Source: Takakia lepidozioides (lineage: Eukaryota > Plantae > Bryophyta). From it: a DNA stretch of 64,000 nt. Position 1 is the stretch's first letter. Each line of letters starts with the position of its first letter. Positions 50,334-62,360 of this stretch are shown here, in pieces. The DNA is taken from contig CM060734.1 of assembly GCA_030704615.1 (NCBI GenBank), positions 53,568,001 through 53,632,000 of the forward strand, read 5' to 3'. The notes below the pieces were generated by a model. The model was not told the DNA's origin. It was given only the letters and a program-made list of their open reading frames with translations, and did no database searches. The position numbers and the translations under genes are program-made.

Positions 50334-51729
50334 CTATTTCATGAGCAGAAACCATGAGCCATGAGCCATGAGCCGCATGAGCCGCATGAGCGGTGAGCCG
50401 AAGTCTAAGACACGCGGATTTCACGAGCGGACTCCTCCAAATTTGGAAATGCGGCAGATTAAACAAGTATTAAAATAATAGTTTTTTATTTGACCTTGCC
50501 GTTTTTGGAAGTTCCAGATCCTGTAATGCGGCGAAGATATGTCGTCAGTAACAACTCCGCTCATGGTTTTTTAGATCCGCTCATGGAAATGAGTGACCGT
50601 GCAACGAGAAATCCAGGATACCACGGCAAAAGGACGTTGCATACTGGCATGTATAGACTATTCCGCGGTTTTACATGCCTTAACATTGGAATGAAGCTGA
50701 CCCTTTTGCCGCGATTGAACAAATAGACTCTACACAATTCTGTCATCTTCGAGTATTCGGCGGGAAAGGTTTGCGACTCAACTGGGAAATGCGGTGCCGC
50801 ATTAGGGTTCGCACGTGCGAAATTTCTGGGCAGTTTGGTGTTGGTGAATGTCGCATCTACCAGTACCTACGACGTTACTTGGAAATGCGGCGCCGCATTT
50901 GCTTGCCGGGGGTCGAATGAGGAAAGCAAAGTTTGGGAGAGCAGAAAAACAAGAACCCTCCAACACACAAAAATACATGCACGTGGAAACACGAGTGAAT
51001 GACATAGTATTATCTTAGTTCGAGCAAAACAAGTTACTGGTAGGCAAGACATAAGTCGGACCTTTCTGTGGCCAGAGTCAGAGCTACTTGCAGCAGTACA
51101 GTTCTACTATCCGAAAAGGATGGGCGTACCATAGTGTTGGGACCGCAAGCCAAGGTCACTGGTCCCCTAGATCCATATTCAGAAGAGTGTACACCTCTTG
51201 GGGGCTCAACCCTGGTGCATGTATGAAGTGATGAGTTGTGGAATTACACCGGAGTCTCTTTAGGTACACGTAGTACAGATGCTTGCAAGGGCAGTATGAT
51301 GTCCCCTTGTTTGCCATGATCTGGAAGTCGGTGCAATTGCAGGTGGGTAATTCTGAAATGGTGATGGTGTACACCTCATTGCGAACAGCTGAGCCTGCCG
51401 TGGCCATCTGATACACACGCCCGAAGCCTGGTGGGGGCACTTCTGTCGAGCTCTGGATTGTATAGTTCATCCGAAGTGCATTCCCCATCCTTGTCTCGTT
51501 CACTATTGAGGGAGGTCGCCGCCTCTTCGGTGTCCCCCAATGGTGTGTAGGATGCTTAGAGCTGTCGGGTCCCATTGTTCTTGCTCTCATAGGGGTCGGT
51601 GGTGGAGGTTGTGGAAGCGGAAATGGTTGTCTGGGGACGTCAGTGCGCTGCACCATCCAAAATCCTGTGGCGGTAAGGGCGTCGGCCTCAACCTGACTCA
51701 GATCGCAGCCTGGTTCCACCGGCCACACC
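50334..51729 (-). mobile_element. Element 1, right 1.4 kb (inverted): transposase 3' end and terminal repeat
   Basis: CTATTTCATGAGC terminus at 50334, GGAAATGCG palindromes at ~50785 and 50881, and an ORF that resumes the transposase broken at 20963. Confidence 0.78.
51156..51729 (-). pseudogene. C-terminal part of the element 1 transposase with SWIM finger
   Basis: VWPVEPGCDLSQVEADAL..GFGRVY..PTCNCTDF..CPCKHLYYV. Confidence 0.88.
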
Positions 51730-52599
51730 CAGGGATGCCTCGGCGTGAGCCTGGTCACGTGAGCGTGTGAGCGCAACTGCGCTCACGCCACGTCACCTTG
51801 TGCAAATGTCACGTCACGGGGCTCACTCCACGTCATCACACGTGAAGGCCGCGTCACCACGCGCCCAGAAAGAAGTGGAGTGTATTCCCGCGGATTGGCA
51901 CCCTTTACCGCGGAAACAAGCTGGACAACATAATAAAAGGCATTGAATAAAGGATGGATGAATGTACAGTTGGATGATAAACAGATGGATGAGTGTGAAA
52001 AATGAATGTAGATGGATGAATGAGGGATGGATAAGAGTAAAATGGATGAATGTATAATGGATGTTGAGCAATGACAAAAATTCATGACAGGAAGATGCAT
52101 GACCAAAACTTTTGACGAATGCACAACGTATATGAAATGAGTGTGGAAGGTTTGTGGGGTGGATTAAAGAGTACAGAGGATGAATGTACAATGGATGTTG
52201 AACAAAGGAAAAAATTCATGAATGGAGCACACATGAATACACTGTAGATGAATGCACAATGGATATGAGAAGAGTCAGGGAGGTTTGTGAGATGGATTCA
52301 TACATATTGCAATTTAAATGAAAGTTGATTCTGTGATTATTATTTGTTCTAAAGGAACAACTACGGTGGAGGAAGGGGATTCAACGTTTTCCAGATAGTA
52401 TGAAAATGAATATTAAAAGAATACAGTTCAGTCTGACTCAGAGTCAGTACAATGTATCCCCGCTTCCTCTGCATCTAAGTCTATGTATTTTAGAACACCG
52501 GATCCACGCTGGATACACCTACGGCTGGTCACTAAAAAGTCAGGGGATAGGGACTCGGCCGCATGAAGTGCCATTGCTTCGGCATAAACAGGAAGCAGA

Positions 52600-55500
52600 A
52601 AATTGGAAAGGGGGCTGTCGAAAACAGACTCGCCAGAAATGACTGTATCTCCTGAAGATCCACCGCTGCCTTTCCTGAAAGACAGGCTGAAAAAGTTATT
52701 ACTGTAACTTTGATGTTATTGAGAAATTGAGTATGGCTCCCAAAGAGGGTTTAGCACTTACTCACATGAAAAGTCGTTGTCGACCTGCTTATCTTCGGGA
52801 TCGTCATCATTTCGCATTTGAATCCGATCAGTCTATGTGCCTGAAGTGGAGCCAGACAAAAGGGGGAGGAGCACTGTGTTGTAGAGGTCAGAATCACCCT
52901 CCATGCCAAAAAAGCTTCTTCCGCCTGCCTTGCATGCATGGTAAGTTGTTCCTGCACCACACAGGAGGACATGAATAGTTTGGTGGGGGGGATTTAAGCA
53001 GATGAAACTGTTGAAAGAAAACCAATTCAGAAGGGAAAGAATGAACCTGTGGACACAAAAAGATCGACCACCCGTGCAGAGCGGTGGCTGCATGACTCCA
53101 GCAGTATTTGCATGAACACTGGGGACTTTTCCTTTGTACCTCTCCAGGGAGTGCCATCTGGTCTCTTCAGAGTCTGACTGGACTGCATGAAGTTGTACAA
53201 AATGTCATCGACATGGGGCTCATAGGGGGGGTTGACGAAACAACGCTGATCAGAAATCTCAAAGCTGCGGATGGAGGATGATGTCTTTGAGGTGCGAATC
53301 CTCCGCAGGCAGATCGCCTCGAACATCCTCGTCTGCCAAAGATAGCAGGTTAGTGTGGTAAACACAATCTATAGTGGAAGTGTGTACATCGGCTATTCAG
53401 AACTCAGACACAAAAAAATCATTTTTATCACGAATCGGTGATGATCGTTGTCGATCATAACAGATTCTACTAAAGTGGAGCTGCAGAGAACATTGAAACT
53501 GATCATGAAAGCACAAGCAGAAGGGAGACGGCATACCAGCTGACCAGGGAAACCCCCGTTCACAAGGTAGAGGCTGTTCACACAATTTTATGTGCGCAAA
53601 ACTTCAAACCCTGAAGACTTGAGGTATGATGCCAATGCCCGACGACTATCATTGTCACATGACTGAAAAAACAGAAGTGTCCCTGCATCAGAGAGGAAGT
53701 TATTACAGAACCCAAACACCCAACTCCAGTAGTTGTCCTCGAATTTGTTCCAGCCTGGCGTCTTGCCCTTTGGAAGAACTTCTGGCACAGCCTAGCCATC
53801 CGGAATGTCGAGAATGACAATGTCGGCCGCATAAGTTTTCTGCACACCGCACAGGAAGGTGGGACCTGTGCTCACCTGCAACAGACATGTTTTTTATAAG
53901 AACGAAAGCAAGAATGTTTTCAAAGAACGGGACTGAAATACTGCCAACGAAACTTTCAGAGAAAAAGGAAAGAAACTGGAATCCTCACCAGATTGAGGAA
54001 TGAGATTATATTGTCTCAGGTAGGCGATGGCACCCCAGTGTATCCTCTCTTTCGACTCTGCATCATCGACAGCCAACCCTCATTAACAATTTTCATCTCT
54101 CCTGCCGAATCAGAATGGGAAGGGTGTGGCTTGGCATCGAACACGCACTGAACAGTGCGGGTATATCTTCCAGCAGTAAAGTCATGCCCACTCTCCATCT
54201 CCTTTTCTTTCTCCTTCCCCTTGTCATTTTCCTTCTCTTTGGACTTGTCTTTGTCCTTTGGCTTTGCTGGTGAGATGGCTATGACATCAACAGCCTTGTC
54301 TTTTGGTTTGCGGCCCGCCTTCTTTCCCTTCTGCGGCGTTCCCTGAGCATCAAGCTCCTTGGCAGCCAATGTTGCTATGTTTCGTTGGTACTCTTCGTCA
54401 GTCAAAGGCGCCAGCATCTCAGCGTTATGTTCAAGTATTTCATATGCTGTTCTTGAAAGGTCGTGTGCTCCGGTGGGCAGTCAAGGTACCACCCACAGTC
54501 TCTGAAGTGAGAAGGACTCCAGTCCTTCAATATCCCTGCAGTATACATGGTTGGATCGTTTGCAGGGTCCGACCACATGTCAAGATAGTCTGGAATTCCG
54601 CTCAGGTGATTTCCTTCCATAAGCACATATTTCGTGTACCTGAAAAAATGAGATAAATCCAAACCCACAAAAGCGCTCAGTGAGTAAGATGCAAGTAGAA
54701 TAGAATGAAAAAAACATAGATTGAAATGGCTCTGAGAACTGCTCCAAGGACCTTTCAGGACCACACGAATGCTCCAGATGTGAATGTCGTCAACGCCATT
54801 CAAAACATTCCATTCAATGATACTGTAAATACACCCTAATCTAGGTGAATCCAAACTATCGTTTTGGAATGACACAGATATAGAAGTGAATGTCGTCAAC
54901 GACATTCACTAATCAAGCCTAATTTTTTCTCAAATGAAGCAAAATCACAGGATGGAAATCATAAACTCGAGTAAGGAACCCTCCAGGAAAACTCAATGCA
55001 CATTCATAACGAACATATCACTGAGGACCTCACAACAACACTGTATGTGAATGGCGTCAAAGCCATTCACAAAAATACCAACAAAGAACCAATTACTTAG
55101 CTCCCAATCCATGTAAATTCAAATTGTCGCTGTTGAATAATACAGACACAGAAGTGAATGTCGTCAACGACATTCACTTTGGATTTCTCATAACAGAGCT
55201 TATCAAGACTCCAGATTCCTCGCAAGAGGCAAAAACAATGCAGAACAACTGAATGTCTGCATTGACATTCAGCAATATGAAGTGAGGAACCCTCACTGTA
55301 ACCTCTATGGACATTACAAAAATTTACATAACTCTGAGGACCTCTCAACAACTCCGGATGTGAATGTCGTCAACGCCATTCAAGGACATTATCAATTCTA
55401 ATCAGAGACACTATAATTACACCCTTAGATCCTAACCAGGTGAATTCATATACTCGCATAAGAATGACTCAGACAAATAAGTGAATGTCGTCAACGACAT

Positions 55501-56554
55501 TCAATCTGGATCTATGATTGCAATCCTTATGAAGCCACATTTTTTCCCAAAAAAAGCAGTAGAGTTTCAAGTATGACATTGCACCTGTACACAACTCGCA
55601 TCATGGCCCACTCTCCTCCAACCTGACTGTCAAAGTCGTTGGACCGTAAAATGTTACCATCTTTGGAGAACTCCCGGAAAAAATAGTATCTCCAGGTGAG
55701 ACCTCTCCACTTCCTTATGTATGCCTCCAATGACATTTGGGGAGGGGAGACAATTGAAATGTTCAGGTCCTTCAAAGTCTGATCCAGCACAATGACGGCG
55801 CGCTTTTTGAGCTGCAAATAGTATATTTGTCAGAATTGCAAATAAGATATTCATCACATACTTGAAGAGAAGAAAACGGCATGTTTGAATACACACCTGA
55901 CTCCAAAATGTAGCCTTGTGGAGCTCGTTATCAAACACCAAATCACTGATTCCTTCCACCTTTGTGCCAGGCTGTATGGTGCTCTTTGGGAACTGATTCA
56001 AGTCCTTTACTGTTTGATCTGAGTTCCATATCTCCAACCACCTTATTTTTGTTTGTGGGTCGACCATCGATATGGCCAGCCGGTGCAATTTCTCCTGCTG
56101 CATCTCCGGATGCACATGCTTGTCATAGTGTGTTTTGATCTGTTGAAGGAACTCAGGACCAAGTCCAGGATCTACTATTCTAAGCTGCTTTCCGAAGGCG
56201 GACATCAATTTGGTTCTTCGCATTTCAAACTCCTTCTTTATTGCAGCTTCCACACCCTTTGATGTCATTAGTTCCTCTGGTGTAGTGCGGTAATATTCGG
56301 ATTTTCCCTTCTCAGCTGCCTCTGCCAGTTCTTGCTGCATTGATTCAAGTAGTGATTAGCTCCGAAGGGACTACAAACATGTATTCAAAAAGTAAACAGA
56401 GTACAGACTCGGGCTTACCGCATACATGTACTCCAGAAACGCCTCTCGTGTCAAAGAATACCAAGTGCCTGCAGCTCTTCCTGTTTCGCACTTCTTGATG
56501 ATATTGGGTGGTAGTACTGTCCGAAAATCATCCAGCTTCATCACCTCCAACCTC
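52600..56554 (-). pseudogene. ParB-MTase fusion gene of element X, 3' half (helical region and MTase-like domain)
   Basis: LEVMKLDDFRTVL..TWYSLT; LRIVDPGLG..WLEIWNSD; ADIVILDIPDG (~53810); KEKSPVFMQILLESCSHRSARVVDLFVST/GTTYHACKAGGRSFFGMEGD. Confidence 0.82.
54779..55505. repeat. Six intronic palindromes GTGAATGTCG-TCAA-CGACATTCAC
   Basis: Copies near 54780, 54886, 55047, 55153, 55360 and 55481. Degenerate relatives lie in the 26201-26930 intron. Confidence 0.88.
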
Positions 56555-57039
56555 ACCACAGGAGAAACAATGATGGTCTGGCTGGTCATCACCCCAGCCT
56601 CACATTCGACAGCATGCTCTAGGACTGGCCGGTGATCAAATCCGGACCAATCACCTATAAAAACAAGCGCCCACACAAAACTAGCATGGCACACAGTCAA
56701 GCATGCAGGTATGGAGGGGATCCAAACACAAGAAATCAGAACGACAACTCCCCCACACCAAAAACAACTCCACGGTGTTGCTCCTGCAAGGACACCCCAG
56801 CCCAAACTCGGACTGACTTTTGCCTCCACCTACGGAAAGGTCTTGGCCCAATGAGATGGTGGAAACTATGAGGAAGAGAAGCTAAAGCAATGCCTAACCC
56901 CAACATGCCCTCATCCCAACACTTTTCCTCTCCTCTCTTCCCTCACTTGCTTGACCATGGGAATATCATGAAGATACTCCTCAAACCGCCCTCCACGAGC
57001 TTCAAAATTCGGCCTTCAAGACCACATGCCAGTCCTTAG

Positions 57040-57775
57040 GCAGTCCACCAGTGCCTCCACGAGTCAGCACAGGCCGTCCACAGATCAACACGGGCCACCA
57101 CAGACCAGCACAGGCCCACACAGGCCACAGCCTATCACAGCCCTACACAGGTCACAGGGTCACAGCCCGTCACAGCCCCAAAGGCCACATGTCATAGCCT
57201 GTCACAGCCCCCACGGCCACAGGTCACAGCCTGTCACAGCCCATCACAACCCCAAAGGCCACAGGCACAGCTTGTCACAGCCCTACAAAGGTCACAGGGT
57301 CACAGCCCCAAAGGCCACAGCCTGTCACAGCCCATCACAGCGTGTCACAGCCCGTCACAGCCCCAAAGGCCACAGCCTGTCACAGCCCATCACAGCGTGT
57401 CACAGCCCGTCACAGCCCCACAGGCCACAGGGCACAGCCCACCTCAGCCTGTCACAGCCCGCCATAGCCCATCACAGCCCATCACAGCTCGCCACAGCCT
57501 GTCATAGCCCATCACAGCCCCACAGGCCACAGGGCACAGCCTGTCACAGCCGCTCACAGCCCGTCATAGCCCCACAGGCCACTGGGCACAGCCTGTCACA
57601 GCCCCTCACAGCCCGTCACAGCCCAACAGGCACATGACACAGCCTATCACAACCCTACACAGGTCACAGGGGTCATAGCCCCAAAGGCCACAGCCCCTCA
57701 CAGCCCGTCACAACCCCACAGGCCACAGGGCACAGCTTGTCACAGCCCGCCACAGCCTGTCACAGCCCCTCACGG
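57040..57775. repeat. CACAGCC-based degenerate minisatellite (~10-bp unit with higher-order duplications)
   Basis: Dozens of cacagcc(t/c)gt, cacagcccat and cacagcccca units. Confidence 0.9.
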
Positions 57776-58499
57776 TGTAGAGAGGATAACACACTATGGG
57801 GGAGATGAAGCGTTGCGCAACAGCGCTGCGAGCAGAGAGCCGGGCCATGGCGGCGATCATAGCTAAACTTAGATAGGGCTGGGCTAAACAAGAGAGAGCG
57901 CATTCTACTGCCATTGGGGCGGAGATTACATCAAGATCAAGTTTGTACCCAACGAATGCATCCAAACTACCCCACGAGTTCCTTCAGGCACCATAAGGCT
58001 CCCAGCAAGCTGGGGATCCGCACCGTCTATGCGAAGAAGAACTGGACTGTTCAACAGTACTCAAACCCCCCAACCCTGACCCAAGGTTCAGTACCTGCCC
58101 ACGACAGGCCCAAGATTGCATCTCGCGACCCATCTACCCCCCACTGGAACACGGATGACCGCGCCATCTACTCGGTTTATTATGCTAGGTCTACCCGCCC
58201 CATAGTTGTGGATTCCACATAGTATCAGGAAGGTCACCATCTTTTCTTATATCACCAAAGCAACGAGGCCGCCCATCAACACTGGTCGGGGTACCCCCTT
58301 GCCCCCACTACCAGAGACACCAGGAAAATATATGACTACAAATCCAAGTGGCGCTCTACCCCTCTCAACACACTGCTCAGATCGGGCGACAAAGAGGACT
58401 ACCTCCCCTTCACACCGGTTGGAGTTTATCAAGAGCCAAGCTCAATTTGACATAATGAAGGAGTATATGTGCCCCACGAGATCAACAAGACCCCGACGG

Positions 58500-60085
58500 C
58501 TATATAGGGGGTTGCAAATCCATGAGCATGAGGGGTGAGCGCATGAGCATGAGCAGAGGTTCCCTACCCTCGCCCGAACCTACACCGAACCTAATCGAAG
58601 GTGGAGGTCGGCAACCAAAACTGCCGACTTAATGCATCTTGGTAACAGTCCACGGAAATAGGAGGTGGACCGCCTATGACCGTGACCTGCAGGTGAGTTG
58701 TTGTAGTCGCCACCGACTATAGCACCACCTTCATAATTGGCAAGTCCGTACGGCAATGTTGGGTGTAATGGTCGCCACCGACTATATCATCCCCAGTCAA
58801 AGCTAGACCTAAGCTAGACCTGAACTGTTGTGCTTATAACTACATAGTCCAAAGCTACTTGTTCTTGAAATGGACACAGTTGAGGTGTGATTGTTTGTGA
58901 GGGAAGGAGTGTGCACATGGAAAATAAAATATTTGGGCATTGTTGCTGTCATGTCATGGCAACGGTCATGACATCAATGAGCAGACTAGTGACCTGATTC
59001 ATTTGGATATTTGTCCGAGGTATTTATGGCTTCAGCAGACCAAGCTCAGCACTCTAGCAATTCCAAACCAAGGGAATGTGAAGGGTTGGAGGATGGCGAG
59101 GATGTGAAGATCATTTAAAAAGTCTGAACATCCACATTGGAGTAAAATTATGCGCAACATTCAATTACACCCATATCACTGGACGATATGTTCCACATGA
59201 TTCAGCTCATCAGAGAAACCCCTTTGTATCTGCATTCCAAGAAAAGCAAATGCAACTACCTAACATTCGGACTACCAAGGTCCTCACCATACTCCGACGT
59301 TATGTCCTGCAACACCCCAGAAACTACTGTCGCGGGGGAGGGACCCGGGAGCAAGTCGAGGCCAAGTCTTAAACTGATCTTTGGGCTAGGAGTCCTCTCC
59401 TCATGATTGCAGTCCTTTCAAGCTGCGCCATGCCAGATTCAGTGAAGTTTTACACCCACGAGTTCAAGATCGGCGCTCAGCTACCTCGCCAACCAGACTC
59501 ATTTTACAACACAAAGAGCAGTATTATCGAGCCCCACCACTGCCTCTCTGCTTCACAGGTGAACCCCCATTCGCTACTATCTACGTTGTGTTATTATTAT
59601 AATGATTTCATTCTTGTTTCCCGCAAACTTTGGTTTGTCACCTCACCCCCCACTCAATATGTGCCATGGTGTTCTGAGGCTTGCGCTCTGGTCCAACCCA
59701 TGTTGGTTACTTGTTGAAACCCTACACATCCCAGAGCATCAGCCTCCTCCAAGGTAAGATTTGTACCACTTGCCACATGCCAAACTGGTGGTGGTTCCGG
59801 CATGCCTGGTACACCATACTTAGGCTTGCTGAATACACACGACATGATGTCGTGCTTGCAGAACCAGTGTTCCTTCAGAGTGGTCAATATTACATCTCTG
59901 GTTGGTATCGACACGAATAACACAATATTTGTCGCGAAATGACGGATGAGTCCGTGCAATTCTCCACTGCGAGGCTGACACATCTCTCTCCACGACTGGG
60001 ATGCCGTATTGGGTAATGATCATGGGAGCATGAATGAGAGTTGGGCGTGCAACGTCCTTTTGTTGAGGGGACATAGAGCACATTG
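58500..60085 (-). mobile_element. Element Z: terminal fragment of a GCM-MULE element
   Basis: CATGAGC/GTGAGC repeats at 58521-58555, gtagtcgccaccgactat at ~58703, and a transposase fragment at 59654-60085. Confidence 0.55.
59654..60085 (-). pseudogene. Transposase fragment (Cys-rich pre-SWIM domain)
   Basis: SQWRIARTHPSFRDKYC..QRC and WFCKHDIMSCVFSKPKY..PEPPPVW; strongly similar to 20660-20963. Confidence 0.8.
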
Positions 60086-60089
60086 GACC

Positions 60090-62360
60090 ATCACGAAGTT
60101 CATCTTTTAGAGTTGAGAAAACAAGGGCTATGGTGGAAGCTATACAATCGCAACTCACCCACATGGTCATTTTTTGCCATCAATGATGGTGCCGAGGTGG
60201 ATGTGGACAATCCCCAGGTAATGCGCTGCATTAGTTGTCACGATGCAACCCTAGGTCTAACCATTGTAGCATTGCACAGTCGATGCAAAAGATTGATCAC
60301 ATATAATAAAGCTAATGGAATTAGCACGCTATGAAGAAGCATGTGGAAGTTGAGCACTCCGCTCTGTCTGTGAAATGGGAGAAGAAGTAAACAGTAGAAT
60401 CAAAGATCCTTTAGAGTGACAGAAAGCAAGGAAAAGAGCAGGTATCTGCCCTACTGCTATTTCAGATTTTCTTGGCACCATCAATCATTTTAGGAAAGAT
60501 CATGAGGTTCAGAAAGGTTTCTTAGAGGATCTGATCGATCCTCTTTGTCATCAAGTACTATATGCCCCTAAGGACAGTAGAGAGCATATGGTTACAAAGA
60601 CTTTGCTTGCGGTAATGTGTCCTCGAGTTGTTTTTCCATCGAGAAAGGTCTTCACTGATGATGTGTTACCCAAATTGGTTGAGAAAACTATACACACTTT
60701 TGTGCACCCTTCTCTGGCTACATGTATCTCAGCCACTGCAAGCTTTGACCTATGGATGTCAAAAGAAGCTCACGATGTGTTTGCCTTGTTGTAAACCTTG
60801 TAACTAGTGAGTGGGAACCCAAACATGTCACTCTTGGGTTGTTTGAAGCCACTGAGACTACTAGAGCAACGATGGCAGTAAAATTACAGCAACTTCTTGA
60901 GAAGTTCTCACTAGTCACAAAGAAGATCATTTGCTATGTCAAAGATGAAGGAGCAAATCTGGCCACTATGACATTGACATTGAGGACGGTTGTAAGCTGT
61001 GAAAGTCTAGGGTTGAGTGAACCATTTCAGGGTTCTTGTTTTGGACATGCTATGTCCAAAGCATGCCAATATGCTACAAATGATGAAAAGGTGTGTAGAG
61101 ATATGAGGTATGTTTCCATCGAGCGCACAAGCTGAGATCCAGAAATGCATCACTTGGCCTAAAAAGTCAGGGAAGGGTCGTCAAGAATGACACAAGACAT
61201 GCATTGATTTTGGAATGAGGCCTTGTAAGCTGAACACTCTCATAAAACCAAGGTTCTTCCCAAACCTTTTTCATTATGCTCAAAGTCTCTTGTTAAGGTC
61301 AACATCGTAGGAGCTTATATTTGTGCTTAAATTGTAGGTTTGCGAGTATGATGATTCTTTTTTAAGAGGCCCTACGCTTCCGAAATGCCATCAGCCTCTG
61401 CCGACAAACCATTGCCCTAGCAACGAGTTTGTGTACCTCCTGCAAAAACGTGGGCCATTGCACAAGGAGTCACAAATGCTTTCTCACCTGTGGTAACGAA
61501 GTGTGTGCTCAACCAATCACTTGGTCATTGGTTGCTTACTAATGCTCTTCACTCTGCCATAAATCTCACTTTTGAAGTTCAAGGAAGACATATCCAATAG
61601 GCCGGACCGCCTTGCCAACATTATGTCATAAAACTTTGAGTACAAATTGGCAAATTTGGATGTGAATATGAAACATGAGGTCATTGATGTGTTGGCACCT
61701 TTTCTTGCATTCATGAGGAAGTATGATCACAAGAAAGCTCACAATATGTTGGGTCTGATGGTGGATCCCAGATTTAAGGGCCTCGGGCTAGTGACAGCTT
61801 TGCTTGGTCATGAGGCAGCTATGCAAGTGGTTGCAAAATACGACTCAAAGACACTCATGCCTATGCTCTTGACATGTTACCGCTACATGGCTCCATCTAC
61901 TGTGGTTGAGAATGCTTCTGAACATGCTAGTGAGAGCAATCTTGATCTGTTTCAGACTACAGAAACAGCTGTTGAAACAACAAAAGAGATTGTTGTGAGA
62001 GAGCTTTCTCTTTACAGACGTTATCAAGTTGACATTGATAAGTGTAAGTGTCCAATGGCGTGGTGGAAAGCTCATGAAGCCATGTTCCCTACGGTGGGAC
62101 TTTTAGCTCGACAAATCTTGGGAATTGTTGGGAGTCAGATTGAAATTGAGAGAATTTTCCCTATAGCTGGAGTTCTCACTGCACTGCGCCGTTGCCGCCT
62201 TCAAACAAATAATCTGGAAAAAATGATATTCATCGCCAAAAATTGGCGAAACGATCCCCAACTTGGATGTACTAATCCAAAAACTCTTACATAATTGTAG
62301 GAGCAAGAAGAAGACTTAGTTGAGGAGCTTCAGGAGGAATTTGAGCAAGAAGTGGACTGA
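60090..62360 (+). pseudogene. hAT transposase, heavily disrupted
   Basis: BED-like WSFF..RCISC..STL.KH..EH; SFDLWMSK; YVKDEGANL; CFGHAMSKACQ; dimerisation WWKAHEAMFPTV..ARQILGI..SQIEIERIF..RRCRL. Confidence 0.9.

Larger units (their letters stand above)
51730..56554 (-). mobile_element. Element X, right 4.8 kb (inverted)
   Basis: GTGAGC/GCTCAC-rich terminus at 51730-51800 and the 3' half of the ParB-MTase gene broken at 27720. Confidence 0.75.

Noticed and set aside
57026-57637. 203-aa His/Ser/Pro-rich ORF
   Set aside because: Product of the CACAGCC minisatellite, with no independent coding evidence.
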